64,000 bases of DNA from Deltaproteobacteria bacterium (GTDB lineage Bacteria; JAGRBM01; JAHCIT01): positions 186,001-250,000 of the forward strand of contig JAHCIT010000003.1 of assembly GCA_026129095.1 (NCBI GenBank), in the 5' to 3' direction. Of the stretch, positions 1 through 10,195 are shown in pieces. The notes beneath the pieces are model-generated. The model was not told where the DNA came from. It worked only from the letters and a program-made list of their open reading frames with translations, and made no database searches. The position numbers and the translations under genes are program-made. The stretch's first letter is position 1. Each line of letters begins with the position of its first letter.

Positions 1-253
1 CCGACGGGTACATGTAGTAGACCATCATGATGAGTAGGATGCCGGTCACCCAGGTGAAGGCCGCTCCCCACCGGAAGAAATAGAGGGCACGCGGCAGGAG
101 TTCGGGGTTGACCTTCTTCTTGGTCTCTCCGTCCAGAACCTTTTGCAACGGGCCGTTGACCCAATTAAAGAAATAAAGGTGTCCGATCCACAGCACGCCT
201 GCGACGACGTGGATCCACCGGAAAAATGCTTCTGCCCAGGTATGTGCTCCCAT
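1..253 (-). CDS. Urate_ox_N / PuuD-like membrane protein, 5' part (runs off window)
   Basis: Not in ORF track. Manual translation from ATG 253: MGAHTWAEAFFRWIHVVAGVLWIGHLYFFNWVN...ELLPRALYFFRWGAAFTWVTGILL; RWxH..WIG..YF and FRW.AAFTW.TG motifs of Urate_ox_N; GGAG RBS upstream. Confidence 0.75.
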   Translation of the reverse strand, partial: MGAHTWAEAFFRWIHVVAGVLWIGHLYFFNWVNGPLQKVLDGETKKKVNPELLPRALYFFRWGAAFTWVTGILLIMMVYYMYPS

Positions 254-288
254 AATCTCCTCTTTCTCTCCTGTAGTTGAAACCTGAA

Positions 289-308
289 CCGGTCCCGCAA
301 GGGACCGG
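289..308 (-). other. Perfect 8-bp hairpin in 5' UTR of the PuuD-like gene
   Basis: CCGGTCCC-GCAA-GGGACCGG on + strand. Confidence 0.5.
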
Positions 309-332
309 GATTAGCTGAATGGATGCTGGAGT

Positions 333-362
333 TTTTTACCCCTGTTTGCCGCGGGGTGTCAA
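333..362 (-). promoter_or_regulatory. Putative sigma70 promoter for PuuD-like gene
   Basis: Minus strand TTGACA-N18-TAAAAA. Confidence 0.45.
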
Positions 363-377
363 GAAACAGAATGAATC

Positions 378-396
378 TGCCCCGTTACGCGGGGCA
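378..396 (-). terminator. Putative intrinsic terminator of MFS gene
   Basis: TGCCCCG-N5-CGGGGCA stem about 15 nt after the MFS stop, followed by T-rich GATTCATTCTGTTTCTT on minus strand. Confidence 0.4.
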
Positions 397-411
397 TGGA
401 AAGATCTGCCG

Positions 412-1803
412 TCAGACCGGCTCGGCCCTTTCGAGCGGAGTTTCAAATGTCCGTCTCGGGTTTCGCGGACGTTTCACCCGGATGAGCAGGATCAGGATCG
501 CACCGATCGAGACGGCATAGGCGGCCAGCATGAGCCAGCCCTGAGGGAGGTAAGAAAGGTACCGGTCGTACATGGCCCCTGTCACCAGGTACATGACGCT
601 GATGATCGCCACGTTGAATGGCGTCGCAAGGCCCGAAACCCGTGGGAAGGAGAGACGCCCGAACTGGTCGGCATGGAGCGCGCTGAACAGGGGCAGGGTT
701 CCCCCGACTCCAAGGCCGTAAAGAAGGACGCCGGAGACCAGCAAGAGATCGACCGGCACCCCCAGGAAGCTGAACGGCACCAGCGTCGCCCAGCGGGTAA
801 CGGTAATCAGGACAAAACCGGCCACCTGCATCGAGACGGCAAAGATGATCGCACGCCGGCGCTCCATCCGGTCGCCGAGCGCGCCGAAGATGGGCTTTCC
901 TATGGCGCAGAGCACGGCCATGCAGGTGTATAGCGTGGCCGCATCACCCTGGGTCCACCGGTAGCCGGTGTCGCGGGTGCTCAGGTCGCTGACGAAGGAC
1001 TGGAGGATCACGGACCAGCAGGCCGAGGCGAGACTCAGCGACAGAACCGACAGGATAAACCGCTTGTCGAATGCGATTTCACGGAACTCCATCAGGCGGT
1101 CAGGTTCGGCATCCGGGTCGGCGGGAGGGGGTGTTTCTTCGGGAACGCCCAGGTCCGAAGGCCGGTCGTAGAACGTCAGCAGCACCAGCGGCAGCACGGT
1201 TATCACCAGAAGGGCGGCATTGATCCGGTAAGCTTCACGCCAGCCGTAATGGTTGAGAAGGTACTGGGTAAAGGGAACGAGCGTCATGCCAGCGCTGGAA
1301 ATCCCGGCAGACGCCCACGAGAACGACTGGGCCTTGTTCGCGGTGAACCACTGGTTCAGGGCCGCATAGTTCGGGATCATTCCCAGGAATGCCGTGCCAA
1401 GGGATGCCAGAACGGAAAAGGCGATGAAGAACTGGAACTCGGTCCGGGCAAACGAGATTCCCACCATCGCCACCGGAAGAATAAACGTGCCGGCAAGAAC
1501 GATCTGGCGGGAACCGTACCGCTCGGTCAGTCTCGCCGCCGCCGGCCCCCAGATGGCCATGAGAATGGTGTACCCGGCATAAGCCGCGGTCAGGGTGGAG
1601 ACGTTCCATCCGAGATCGTGACGGATCGGTTCCCGGAAAATGCCATACGTGTAAAAGATAAACCCGATCGACCACAGCCCGCAGACGAAGGCGACCAGTG
1701 TCATCGTCCAGCCGTAGTAGATACCGGTCCGGACGAGCCAGCGGCTGAAGGGATTGCCTCGAAGCTGGGCACTGGAGCCGGTCTGGGCAGGGGGGGAGTC
1801 CAT
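412..1803 (-). CDS. MFS transporter (OFA/monocarboxylate-like)
   Basis: About 12 hydrophobic segments; motif A variants ARLTERYGSR and GALGDRMERR; YYGW N-terminal motif. Confidence 0.9.
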   Translation of the reverse strand: MDSPPAQTGSSAQLRGNPFSRWLVRTGIYYGWTMTLVAFVCGLWSIGFIFYTYGIFREPIRHDLGWNVSTLTAAYAGYTILMAIWGPAAARLTERYGSRQIVLAGTFILPVAMVGISFARTEFQFFIAFSVLASLGTAFLGMIPNYAALNQWFTANKAQSFSWASAGISSAGMTLVPFTQYLLNHYGWREAYRINAALLVITVLPLVLLTFYDRPSDLGVPEETPPPADPDAEPDRLMEFREIAFDKRFILSVLSLSLASACWSVILQSFVSDLSTRDTGYRWTQGDAATLYTCMAVLCAIGKPIFGALGDRMERRRAIIFAVSMQVAGFVLITVTRWATLVPFSFLGVPVDLLLVSGVLLYGLGVGGTLPLFSALHADQFGRLSFPRVSGLATPFNVAIISVMYLVTGAMYDRYLSYLPQGWLMLAAYAVSIGAILILLIRVKRPRNPRRTFETPLERAEPV

Positions 1804-1933
1804 CGGACCGTCCGCTTGTTAGGGTATCGGGCGAATGAAATCAAAACCATGCAATCTGGCCATTTTTTCGCCTGTTGCGGCCGGTGGAATACCGGATAAT
1901 CGGCTATAGTGCAGGGCAAGGAGCCCTCCATTC

Positions 1934-4315
1934 TTGATTCATGAGCGTCCACCTGATCCCACGTCCAAGAAGCTGGCGCTGCTGGACAAGATCGCCAACC
2001 TGATTGCCCGCTCCCACGGTGTTCAGGACATCCTGGCAAGCATTGTCGTTTCGGTGGCCGAGACGATGGAGATGGACGTCTGCTCGGTGTACCTGCTCGA
2101 CGAATCGGGACAGTACCTGACGCTGGCCGCGACCAGGGGGCTGGATACCGAATCGGTCGGCAAGGTCCGCCTTTCGACACAGGAAGGTCTTACCGGCCTC
2201 GCCATCGAGAAGATGCAGACGGTGACGGTCCGGAACGCACCGCTGCATCCCCGCTACAAGTATTTCCCCGAGACGCAGGAGGAAAAGTACTCCTCGTTTC
2301 TCGCCACGCCGATCATTCTCCGTGAAAAAGCGATCGGCGTCCTGACGATCCAGACGAAAGAGGTCTATGACTTTACTGTCGATGACACGCGGATCGTCAC
2401 GACTATCGCGAGTCTTCTGGGTACGATTATCCAGAACAGCCGGCTTCTGGATTCGATTGATAACTACAAGGCCGCGGCTGACGGCTCCACGTCACGGTCC
2501 CGCAAGGCTGACCGCGAAGGAAAGAAGCCGGAGTCGCAGGCGGCGGCATCTCTCGAAGGCGCGCTGCTTCGCGGGCTTCCTGCATCACCTGGCGTGGCCA
2601 TGGGGCGTGCAGTTGTCACGACGGCCGAGCAGGACGCCCTGTTCCTGGATGATGTTTATCTGGGTGAGAAGCAGGAACTGGAACGCCTCCGTACATCGAT
2701 CAAGGCTGCCGAGAACGACATCAAGGATGCCGAAGCACGGGTTGCGGAAAAGCTGTCTGACGAGGAAGCCAAGATATTCTCCACGCACCTCATGTTCCTG
2801 GAAGACCCTGGCTTTATCGGAAAGATCGAGCAGCGGATCGCCGAGGGCAAGAGCGCGCCGCTCGCTATCCGCGATGTGGTCGGCTCATATGTGAAAATCC
2901 TGAGCGATGCGAAGGATCCGTACGCGCGCGAGAAGGTCATAGACATAGAAGACGTGGGGCGGCGGCTCATCACGAAAATCGTCAACAAGCCCCGGCTCGA
3001 AGTTCCATTCAATGACCGGTACATCCTGGTCTCCCATCTCATCACGCCATCGGATGCGGTGGAAATGGACCCGCAAAAGGTGGTCGGCATGATCTCCGGT
3101 CAGGGCGGCCCGACTTCCCATGCGGCCATTCTTGCGCGGAGCATGGAGATACCCGCCGTTGTCGGCATCGAGGACCAGTACCGCTCGATCCGTACGGGTG
3201 ACTACGTGATCCTCGACGGCAATACCGGCAATATCCACGTCAATCCGCGGCCGGCGATCTTGAAGGAGTTCCGCCGGGTAAAGCGCGAACTGGACCTGAG
3301 CCGCCGGGAACTGGACGATGCCGGCACGGGCAAGGCCAAGACCACCGATGGAGAACGGATCCAGCTCCTTGGCAATCTCAACCTCGTTGCCGACCTGAAA
3401 CTGATCAAGCACTACGGAGCCGAAGGTGTGGGGCTTTACCGGACCGAGTTCCTTTTTCTCATGCACAAGACCTTCCCGGCAGAGGAGGAACAGTTCCGTT
3501 CATACAGCCGTGTGGCGAAGGAACTGAAAACCCAGGGAGCGGTTATCCGCATCCTCGATGTTGGCGGCGACAAGTTCCTGGAAGGCCTCAATGAACGTCG
3601 CGAGGACAACCCCTATCTGGGCTGGAGGTCCATTCGCGTGCTCCTGGACCTGGTTCATGTGTTCAAGGTCCAGCTCCGTGCGATTTTCCGCGCATCTTCC
3701 TTGGGAAAAGTGTCCATTCTCCTCCCGATGGTCACGACGGTGGAGGAAATCCGGAAGGCCAAGGCCATTATCGAGGAGGTCAAGCAGGAACTCCGGCAGG
3801 AAGGCGTTGCGTTCGACAAGCATGTCCCCGTCGGCGCGATGATTGAGGTTCCGACGGCCGTACTCATCGCCGATGCGCTTGCCGCCGAGGCCGACTTCCT
3901 CAGCATCGGCAGCAACGACCTGACCCAGTACGCGCTGGCCGTGGACCGCAACAACCAGCGGGTAGCGAAGATGTACGACAGCCTTCACCCGTCTGTCCTG
4001 AAGCTGATCAAGTGGACGGTGGAAGCCGGAGGCCGGGCCGGCAAGCCCGTGTCGATCTGCGGGGAAATGGGTGCGGACCTGACGGCCCTGCCGGTCCTGA
4101 TCGGGCTCGGGCTCACCAGCTTTTCCATTGCGCCGCCCCTTATACCTGTGGTTCGTTATCTGGTGAAATCGCTTTCGGCCAAGGATTGCCGTGAACTGGC
4201 GGCGGAGGCGCTGACCTGCTCCACGGCGGCCGAGGTGAGGAAGCTCGTTGGAACGGAAATATCGAGGTTGCCGGCCTACCGGCTGACCCAGATACGAAAT
4301 GCGATGAAGGGATAG
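1934..4315 (+). CDS. ptsP: GAF-containing PEP-protein phosphotransferase (EI-Ntr)
   Basis: N-terminal GAF; GGPTSHAAILARS phospho-His motif; GVGLYRTEF, EDNPYLGWR, SIGSNDLTQY, SICGEM. Confidence 0.95.
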   Translation: MIHERPPDPTSKKLALLDKIANLIARSHGVQDILASIVVSVAETMEMDVCSVYLLDESGQYLTLAATRGLDTESVGKVRLSTQEGLTGLAIEKMQTVTVRNAPLHPRYKYFPETQEEKYSSFLATPIILREKAIGVLTIQTKEVYDFTVDDTRIVTTIASLLGTIIQNSRLLDSIDNYKAAADGSTSRSRKADREGKKPESQAAASLEGALLRGLPASPGVAMGRAVVTTAEQDALFLDDVYLGEKQELERLRTSIKAAENDIKDAEARVAEKLSDEEAKIFSTHLMFLEDPGFIGKIEQRIAEGKSAPLAIRDVVGSYVKILSDAKDPYAREKVIDIEDVGRRLITKIVNKPRLEVPFNDRYILVSHLITPSDAVEMDPQKVVGMISGQGGPTSHAAILARSMEIPAVVGIEDQYRSIRTGDYVILDGNTGNIHVNPRPAILKEFRRVKRELDLSRRELDDAGTGKAKTTDGERIQLLGNLNLVADLKLIKHYGAEGVGLYRTEFLFLMHKTFPAEEEQFRSYSRVAKELKTQGAVIRILDVGGDKFLEGLNERREDNPYLGWRSIRVLLDLVHVFKVQLRAIFRASSLGKVSILLPMVTTVEEIRKAKAIIEEVKQELRQEGVAFDKHVPVGAMIEVPTAVLIADALAAEADFLSIGSNDLTQYALAVDRNNQRVAKMYDSLHPSVLKLIKWTVEAGGRAGKPVSICGEMGADLTALPVLIGLGLTSFSIAPPLIPVVRYLVKSLSAKDCRELAAEALTCSTAAEVRKLVGTEISRLPAYRLTQIRNAMKG

Positions 4316-4318
4316 GAC

Positions 4319-5089
4319 GTGGATACGGCGGGAAATGCATGGGATCTCACGGGCAGAAAGGCCCTCGTAACGGGTGCCTCGCGTGGGATCGGGGAGGCGG
4401 CGGCCATCCGGCTGGCGAGAGCCGGAGCCGACCTGGTGATTGCTTCACGCAAGCCGGAGCAGCTTGAGACGGTGGCAAAGAAATGCCGCGACCTCGGCCG
4501 CCAGTGCTGGGTGCAGCCGGCCAACGTGTCGTCCGCCGAGGATATCGACCGGCTGGCGAAGGCGGCGGTGGACAGGCTGGGCGGCCTCGATATCCTCGTC
4601 AACAACGCCGGGACCAATCCGGTCATGGGGCCGGTGCTGATGGCCGACGAACGGGGCTGGGACAAGACGATGGGCGTGAACGTCAAGGGGCCATTACTCC
4701 TGTGCAAGGCATTGCATCCAGCACTGGCGAAAAGCGGGCGGGCGTCGGTGGTGAATGTCGCCTCGATTGCGGGCCTGAGGCCAGCCACGATGCTCGGCAT
4801 ATACAGCGTCACCAAGGCCGCCCTCATCATGCTGACCAAGGTACTGGCGACCGAATGGGGCGGCGCCAGCATCCGCGTGAATGCCATCGCCCCCGGCATC
4901 ATCAAGACCGAAATGTCCAGGGCGATCTGGCAGAACGAGGCGCTGCTCAAGCAGGCAATGGCGGGGCAGGCGATCCGGCGGATCGGCCTGCCGGAGGAAA
5001 TCGCCGAAATGGTGCTTTTCCTGGCCTCCGATGCGTCGGCGTTTACAACGGGCACGGTGATGGTGGCTGATGGCGGCGAAACGGCCTGA
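4319..5089 (+). CDS. Short-chain dehydrogenase/reductase (DHRS4-like)
   Basis: TGASRGIG, NNAG, YSVTK (YxxxK). Confidence 0.92.
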   Translation: MDTAGNAWDLTGRKALVTGASRGIGEAAAIRLARAGADLVIASRKPEQLETVAKKCRDLGRQCWVQPANVSSAEDIDRLAKAAVDRLGGLDILVNNAGTNPVMGPVLMADERGWDKTMGVNVKGPLLLCKALHPALAKSGRASVVNVASIAGLRPATMLGIYSVTKAALIMLTKVLATEWGGASIRVNAIAPGIIKTEMSRAIWQNEALLKQAMAGQAIRRIGLPEEIAEMVLFLASDASAFTTGTVMVADGGETA

Positions 5090-5120
5090 GCGGGCGGCAC
5101 GGGCCGCGAGGGACGCTGAT

Positions 5121-6020
5121 GTGGCAATCGGGCGCACCATACTGGTGGCCGAGGACACCGCTTCAGAGCGCAATCTGCTCCGCAAGATACTGACAGGCGC
5201 CGGCTACAAGGTAATCACGGCCAGCGACGGATACGAAGCTATCGGAAAGGCCATTCGCCAGAAGGTCGATCTGGCGCTTCTCGACATCGTCATGCCGCGG
5301 CTGAACGGGCTGGAAGCGACGCGCATGATCAAGGCAGAAGTGGGCGACCGCTTTGTCCCGGTTCTCCTGTGCACCCACCGGACCGATCTCCAGATGCTGG
5401 AGGACGGCTATACGAGCGGGGCGGATGATTACATCACGAAACCCATCGAGCCGATGGAACTCCTGACCCGCGTGCGTTCTCTCCTGAGGATCAAGGCGCA
5501 AAATGACCGGATGGCTCAATTGGCCATTACCGATCACCTGACCGGCCTGTTCAATCACCGGTTTTTCCACGAACGTCTGTCGGCCGAGTTCCAGCGGTCC
5601 CGGCGCCACCGGCGGGAACTGAGCCTCATGATGCTGGATTTCGACCACTTCAAGCAGCTCAATGACACCTATGGACATCCCGTCGGGGACCGGGTGCTTT
5701 CACGGGTGGGAGAGTTCCTGAAAGAGACGTTGAGGGAGAGCGACATGGCCTTCCGGTACGGAGGCGAGGAGTTTTCGGTGCTCCTGCCGGAAACTGGCGG
5801 GAAACACGCCTTCCAGCTTGCCGAACGGATTCGCAAGGGGATTTCGGCGATCACATTCCCGGAAAAACCAGGATTGCGGGTGACCGTGAGTATTGGCGTC
5901 GCCACCTATCCAGGGCATGGCGACCTTACCCGCGAGAGGCTCATCAGCGATGCAGATGAGGCCCTTTACGGTGCCAAGCGGGACGGCAGAAACCGGGTCC
6001 GGATGGCCGGGTCCAGGTAG
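5121..6020 (+). CDS. Response regulator diguanylate cyclase (REC-GGDEF)
   Basis: REC with AED, LLDIVMP, KP; GGEEF active site with RESD I-site; start placed at GTG 5121 (track gives 5070). Confidence 0.92.
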   Translation: MAIGRTILVAEDTASERNLLRKILTGAGYKVITASDGYEAIGKAIRQKVDLALLDIVMPRLNGLEATRMIKAEVGDRFVPVLLCTHRTDLQMLEDGYTSGADDYITKPIEPMELLTRVRSLLRIKAQNDRMAQLAITDHLTGLFNHRFFHERLSAEFQRSRRHRRELSLMMLDFDHFKQLNDTYGHPVGDRVLSRVGEFLKETLRESDMAFRYGGEEFSVLLPETGGKHAFQLAERIRKGISAITFPEKPGLRVTVSIGVATYPGHGDLTRERLISDADEALYGAKRDGRNRVRMAGSR

Positions 6021-6022
6021 CT

Positions 6023-6985
6023 TTATTGTCCCAATATATAGGCGAAGATCAGCGGAGCGACGATGGTCGCATCCGAGTTGATCTCGAACTTGGGTGTATC
6101 GACGGCCAGTTTTTCCCAGGTAATCTTCTCGTTTCCTCCGGCGCCGGAATAGCCGCCGTAGCTCGTCGTGGCGTCGGTGATCTGGCAGAAATAGCCCCAC
6201 AGAGGGCAGTCCATTTCGAGATCCTGGCGGATCATCGGCACCACACAGATCGGGAAGTCTCCGGCGATGCCGCCGCCGATCTGGAAGAATCCGATGGAAT
6301 TCTTTTTCGTGGTGGCCAGGTACCAGTCGTGCAGGGCGACCATCTGTTCCGGTCCCGTGCGAATGGCACAGGGCTTGGTGATGCCATCGATCAGTGTCGA
6401 TGAAAAGATGTTGCCGAGCGTGGAGTCCTCCCAACCGGGGGTGAAAATGGGCAGCTTTTTCTGCCAGGCGGCGTAGAGCCAGGAATTCTCCCACGGAACG
6501 TGGTTCTTGTCCTTCCAGACCCCTTCCTCGAAGCCGCGGTAGAAGTATTCATAGGGAAAGAAGCCCTTGCCCGTGGCGGAAGCCTCCTTCCAGTAGCCTT
6601 CCATCACTCCCTGTATGTCACGGATGACAGTTTCCGGAAACGCGCAGTCGGTCACGCGGTTGAAGCCGTCCATGAGGAGCTTTTCCTCATCCTTGGCCGA
6701 CAGGTTGCGCCAGTCCGGCACCTGCCGGTAGTCGTCGTGGGCGACGAGGTTGAACACATCTTCCTCAAGGTTCGCTCCGGTGCAGGTGATAGCATGCACC
6801 TTGTCCTGCCGGATCATCTCCGCGAGCGTGATGCCCAGTTCGGCCGTACTCATGGCACCGCCCAGTGTGATCATCATTTTCCCGCCCTGTTCCAGGTGCC
6901 GGATATAGCCCTGTGCGGCGCGGACGGTTTCGCCGGCATTGAAGTGGCGGTAGTTGCGGTCCATGAAATTCCGGATCGGTCCCAT
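6023..6985 (-). CDS. Deoxyhypusine synthase-like protein (bacterial DHS/homospermidine synthase-like)
   Basis: GGAMSTAELG, TGANLEED, EDSTLGN, IGGG, GGYSGA..EKITW.K, SDATIVAPL; start MGPIRNF at 6985. Confidence 0.9.
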   Translation of the reverse strand: MGPIRNFMDRNYRHFNAGETVRAAQGYIRHLEQGGKMMITLGGAMSTAELGITLAEMIRQDKVHAITCTGANLEEDVFNLVAHDDYRQVPDWRNLSAKDEEKLLMDGFNRVTDCAFPETVIRDIQGVMEGYWKEASATGKGFFPYEYFYRGFEEGVWKDKNHVPWENSWLYAAWQKKLPIFTPGWEDSTLGNIFSSTLIDGITKPCAIRTGPEQMVALHDWYLATTKKNSIGFFQIGGGIAGDFPICVVPMIRQDLEMDCPLWGYFCQITDATTSYGGYSGAGGNEKITWEKLAVDTPKFEINSDATIVAPLIFAYILGQ

Positions 6986-7070
6986 GTGCTTGATTCCCCG
7001 TTTGAAAAAATCGTCCGGCCTCAGCCGGAGGGAAATCCTGTAGCAGAGGGGAGGGGGAAAGTGAAAGGTT

Positions 7071-7991
7071 TCAGGCGGCCCGGAATTCGGTAAATCCGGT
7101 CCCGGCAAAAGTCCGGCCGGGAGCATCGCGCCAGCGCCCCTCGAAGCCGAAACCCATGAAACCACCCTGTGGCAATACCGGAGCGGGTGGCGTGGAGCGG
7201 CGTGCCTCATAGTCAAAACGGCGCGGCCCCAGCATCATCGTTCCCTTCCAGATAGAAGGTGTTCGCCGCCCGTCGAGAATCTCCCATTCAGACACCCGAA
7301 CTTTCATTCCCCGGCCATACTGGAAAGCGGTTCCGGGGGCGGTGCCGCCGCTCCGCAGCCCCAGATTCCTGCCAAAGAGACTGGTGGCAAGCCCCGCGCA
7401 GGCAGTTCCGTCCTCGAAGGCGAGCACGTCCCACTGCCAACGGCCGGGAGACAGCCGCCCGGGATCGAACGGAACCTCGCCGCCCCATGCATGCTCGACG
7501 ATGCCAAGACCGGTATGGCGCGAGCCGTTTTTTTCGAACTCCAGGGACCCGAACACTCCCCAGTACGAGAGCACGGGCTGCATATGGATCCACCACAGCA
7601 CGTCACGGCTCCGGGTTCTTGCAACAAATCCCGGTTCCCGCGAGGTCAGCGTCAGCGAGGGCCAGGTGCCCTGCCAGTCGAGTCCGGTTTCGGTCCGCAG
7701 CCCCCATCCATCCCGGCTCCGGTCGAAGGTTTCCCTCGGCAGCTTGCGGCGGACTTCCTCGACACCGTTTTCATGGCCGAACAGGATCAACTCCTCGCCA
7801 ATGGTGCCGTCCATCGCCTCCAGTGCGGAAACGCAGTGGCGCCCCGGCGTCCGGCCGCCGGAAAAAAGCTGCACCTTGGTCCACTTGAGGCTGGAACCGG
7901 CCGGAAAAATCCCGATGAGGAAAAATGCTTCCCAGGCTGCCGGCGGCGAGCAGCGTCGCAGAACCGCAGGCTTTAGGGATGCTGCATCCAC
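7071..7991 (-). CDS. Hypothetical protein, Trp-rich beta-strand fold (AttH/tocopherol-cyclase-like)
   Basis: GLGIVEHAWG and WQWD motifs resemble the AttH/lipocalin-like family. Confidence 0.55.
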   Translation of the reverse strand: MDAASLKPAVLRRCSPPAAWEAFFLIGIFPAGSSLKWTKVQLFSGGRTPGRHCVSALEAMDGTIGEELILFGHENGVEEVRRKLPRETFDRSRDGWGLRTETGLDWQGTWPSLTLTSREPGFVARTRSRDVLWWIHMQPVLSYWGVFGSLEFEKNGSRHTGLGIVEHAWGGEVPFDPGRLSPGRWQWDVLAFEDGTACAGLATSLFGRNLGLRSGGTAPGTAFQYGRGMKVRVSEWEILDGRRTPSIWKGTMMLGPRRFDYEARRSTPPAPVLPQGGFMGFGFEGRWRDAPGRTFAGTGFTEFRAA

Positions 7992-8055
7992 CCGCTCATT
8001 GTATCCGGTGGCACCGGAATCGTAATGGGGAAAAGCTGCGGGCCCTGAAGCCGGT

Positions 8056-8592
8056 TCAGAACAGGTATTTCACCTGAAGCACATGCCAGCGGTAGATGAA
8101 GTGGTCCCGGACGCCGAACGGAATAGTGAACTCCATGCTGGAAGAGAGGGCTATATTCGCATGAATGTAGTAGTTCGCCCCGCCGGTCATCTGGATCTGT
8201 ATACCGGCATCGGCACCACGCCGCCCATCCGGGTCAGCGATGATAATTCCGCCGCCCACGCCTACCCACGGCTTGAGGTTTTTCACCACCGCGTCGTTCC
8301 CGGTCAGGTCGAGCGTGTACCGGCCTTCGGCGCTGATGGTATAAATCTCGGCCCCGTCCGGAATCGAAATACTGAACTTGGGCGCGACGCTGAGATTCTT
8401 GGTGGCGTAATACTCGGCTTCCAGTCCCATGTTGAACCCGGTCGGGCTCAGGATGAATCCCGGGCCGATGCCGATCTGGAACCGCTTGTCACGCTTTTCT
8501 CCCAAGGCGCTGGCAGATTGTGGAAGCGCCAGGAGAGCGGCGAACAGCAGTACCAGAGATGTCACAAAGCAGCGGTTTGCATGGAGCTTCAT
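8056..8592 (-). CDS. Small outer-membrane beta-barrel protein
   Basis: Signal peptide ending ASA; amphipathic strands; PWVGVGGG; C-terminal KYLF. Confidence 0.75.
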   Translation of the reverse strand: MKLHANRCFVTSLVLLFAALLALPQSASALGEKRDKRFQIGIGPGFILSPTGFNMGLEAEYYATKNLSVAPKFSISIPDGAEIYTISAEGRYTLDLTGNDAVVKNLKPWVGVGGGIIIADPDGRRGADAGIQIQMTGGANYYIHANIALSSSMEFTIPFGVRDHFIYRWHVLQVKYLF

Positions 8593-8719
8593 AAAGACCT
8601 CCCGATATGCGGGTGTATCGAAACAATACTAGGCGGGTTATTTTGGGCAGGAAAGTATGCCAGCGGCAATAATTCAATTAACTGGGCAGGGGATTCCGGA
8701 TGAATCCGGTAATACCCGG

Positions 8720-9154
8720 TCACTCGGTAGCGGCGTCATCACCGGACGGGACATCGGCGGCCGCTTCGAGTTCATCCAGTTCCTGTTCGGACAGGACCAT
8801 ATCCAGCTTTTCGAGCATCGATTCCCGGGTCATCGGCTTCACGACGTAGGCATCGCACCCGGCCTGGAAACAGCGCTTGAGACTCTTGTCCTCGGCATCG
8901 CCAGTTACGATGATGACAGCCGTGCGTTCGAGCCCCGGCAGGGTCTTGATCGTCTTGCAGACAGCATCGCCATTCAGGCCGGGCAGGTTGAGATCCAGGA
9001 ACACCACGTTGGGCTTTTCCGTTTTGACCAGTTTCAGGGCATCGAGCCCGTTGAGTGCCTCGGAGATTTCAAGGTCGCGGCCATCGAGGAAGGCGCGTTC
9101 CTGGTCGATAATCCCCTGAACATCGTCAACGAGTAGGATTTTGGCTTTCGGCAT
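8720..9154 (-). CDS. Single-domain response regulator with acidic tail
   Basis: LLVDD, FLDLNLP, VTG, VKP intact; start MPKAK at 9154. Confidence 0.85.
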   Translation of the reverse strand: MPKAKILLVDDVQGIIDQERAFLDGRDLEISEALNGLDALKLVKTEKPNVVFLDLNLPGLNGDAVCKTIKTLPGLERTAVIIVTGDAEDKSLKRCFQAGCDAYVVKPMTRESMLEKLDMVLSEQELDELEAAADVPSGDDAATE

Positions 9155-9365
9155 CGACTCTCCAGGGATCGGCTTCAGCAGGCGCACGGTCTGCCATCTG
9201 TATTATCCGGAAATCCAATCCGCCGGTGCCTGTGCTTATAGCCAGTCTGGCGCGGAGAGGCTACAGGGAAATACCCAGTCTAAACCGGGACTTGACTTGG
9301 CGGGCCGCTCCTGACCACATATGGTCCCGCTGGTGGCCGCTTTGATGGCTGCCGGACCCGTACAA

Positions 9366-9441
9366 GGGGCTGTAGCTCAGTTGGGAGAGCGCCTCGTTCG
9401 CAATGAGGAGGTCGTCGGTTCGATCCCGATCAGCTCCACCA
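9366..9441 (+). tRNA. tRNA-Ala (anticodon CGC)
   Basis: GGGGCTG/CAGCTCC acceptor stem with G3:U70, anticodon arm CCTCG-TTCGCAA-TGAGG, GGTTCGA T-loop, encoded CCA; 76 nt. Confidence 0.97.
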
Positions 9442-9478
9442 TCCATCCCTGCCAGAATGACAAAGAGGTCTTTGCGCC

Positions 9479-10195
9479 ATGGAAGCCGTCACGCTTTACC
9501 AGTTCGAACTGTGCCCGTTCTGCCACAAGGTGAAGGCCGGCCTTGAGCTGAAGGGCGTCCCCTACCGGAAGGTGGAGGTGAACCCACTCAACAAGAAGGA
9601 ACTTCCGCCGCTGCCGCAGGGGTCGCCGAAGAAAGTGCCCGTCGTCACCCTGAACGGAAAACTGGTGGAGGATTCCACGGCGATTCTGAAAGCTCTGGAC
9701 GAGCAGGTGAAGGGACCGGTCACTTTCCTGCCGGCCGATCCGGAAGCCCGGGCCAAATCGGAGATGATCGAACAGTGGGTCGATGACGACCTGACGTATG
9801 CGCTTCCCACCGTGATCTATGGAACCCGCGAGGAGGCATTCAAGGCGGCGCAGGTGACGGCCCGCACCTCCAACTTCGGGTTCTTCCAGAACCTCATGGT
9901 TCGGGCCGGCGGCTCGCTCATCATGTACCAGGTGTCCAAGCGGATTCTGAAGAAGCGGAACCAGACCGATGGCCACGCCTGGGTGCGCAAGGAACTGGAC
10001 CGTTTTGAGGGCTGGCTGGGTGACCAGCCGTTCGCCTGCGGCAGCGAGCCCACGCTCGCCGACGTGGCGGTCCACGGCGCGCTCAAGTGCATCGAGGAGT
10101 TCCCCGCCTTTGGCGAGGCGATGTCACGCCCGAAACTGAAGGCGTGGTTCGACCGGGTGCAGAAGCTCCGCGACCAGAACCGGGCGAAGGCTTAG
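9479..10195 (+). CDS. Glutathione S-transferase, mPGES-2-like
   Basis: [30 protein letters not shown]. Confidence 0.88.
   Translation: MEAVTLYQFELCPFCHKVKAGLELKGVPYRKVEVNPLNKKELPPLPQGSPKKVPVVTLNGKLVEDSTAILKALDEQVKGPVTFLPADPEARAKSEMIEQWVDDDLTYALPTVIYGTREEAFKAAQVTARTSNFGFFQNLMVRAGGSLIMYQVSKRILKKRNQTDGHAWVRKELDRFEGWLGDQPFACGSEPTLADVAVHGALKCIEEFPAFGEAMSRPKLKAWFDRVQKLRDQNRAKA

Noticed and set aside
46-300. 84-aa ORF in the track
   Set aside because: Overlaps in another frame the PuuD-like gene, which has recognisable motifs and an RBS
9261-9533. Short ORFs overlapping the tRNA
   Set aside because: Translations of tRNA-Ala sequence
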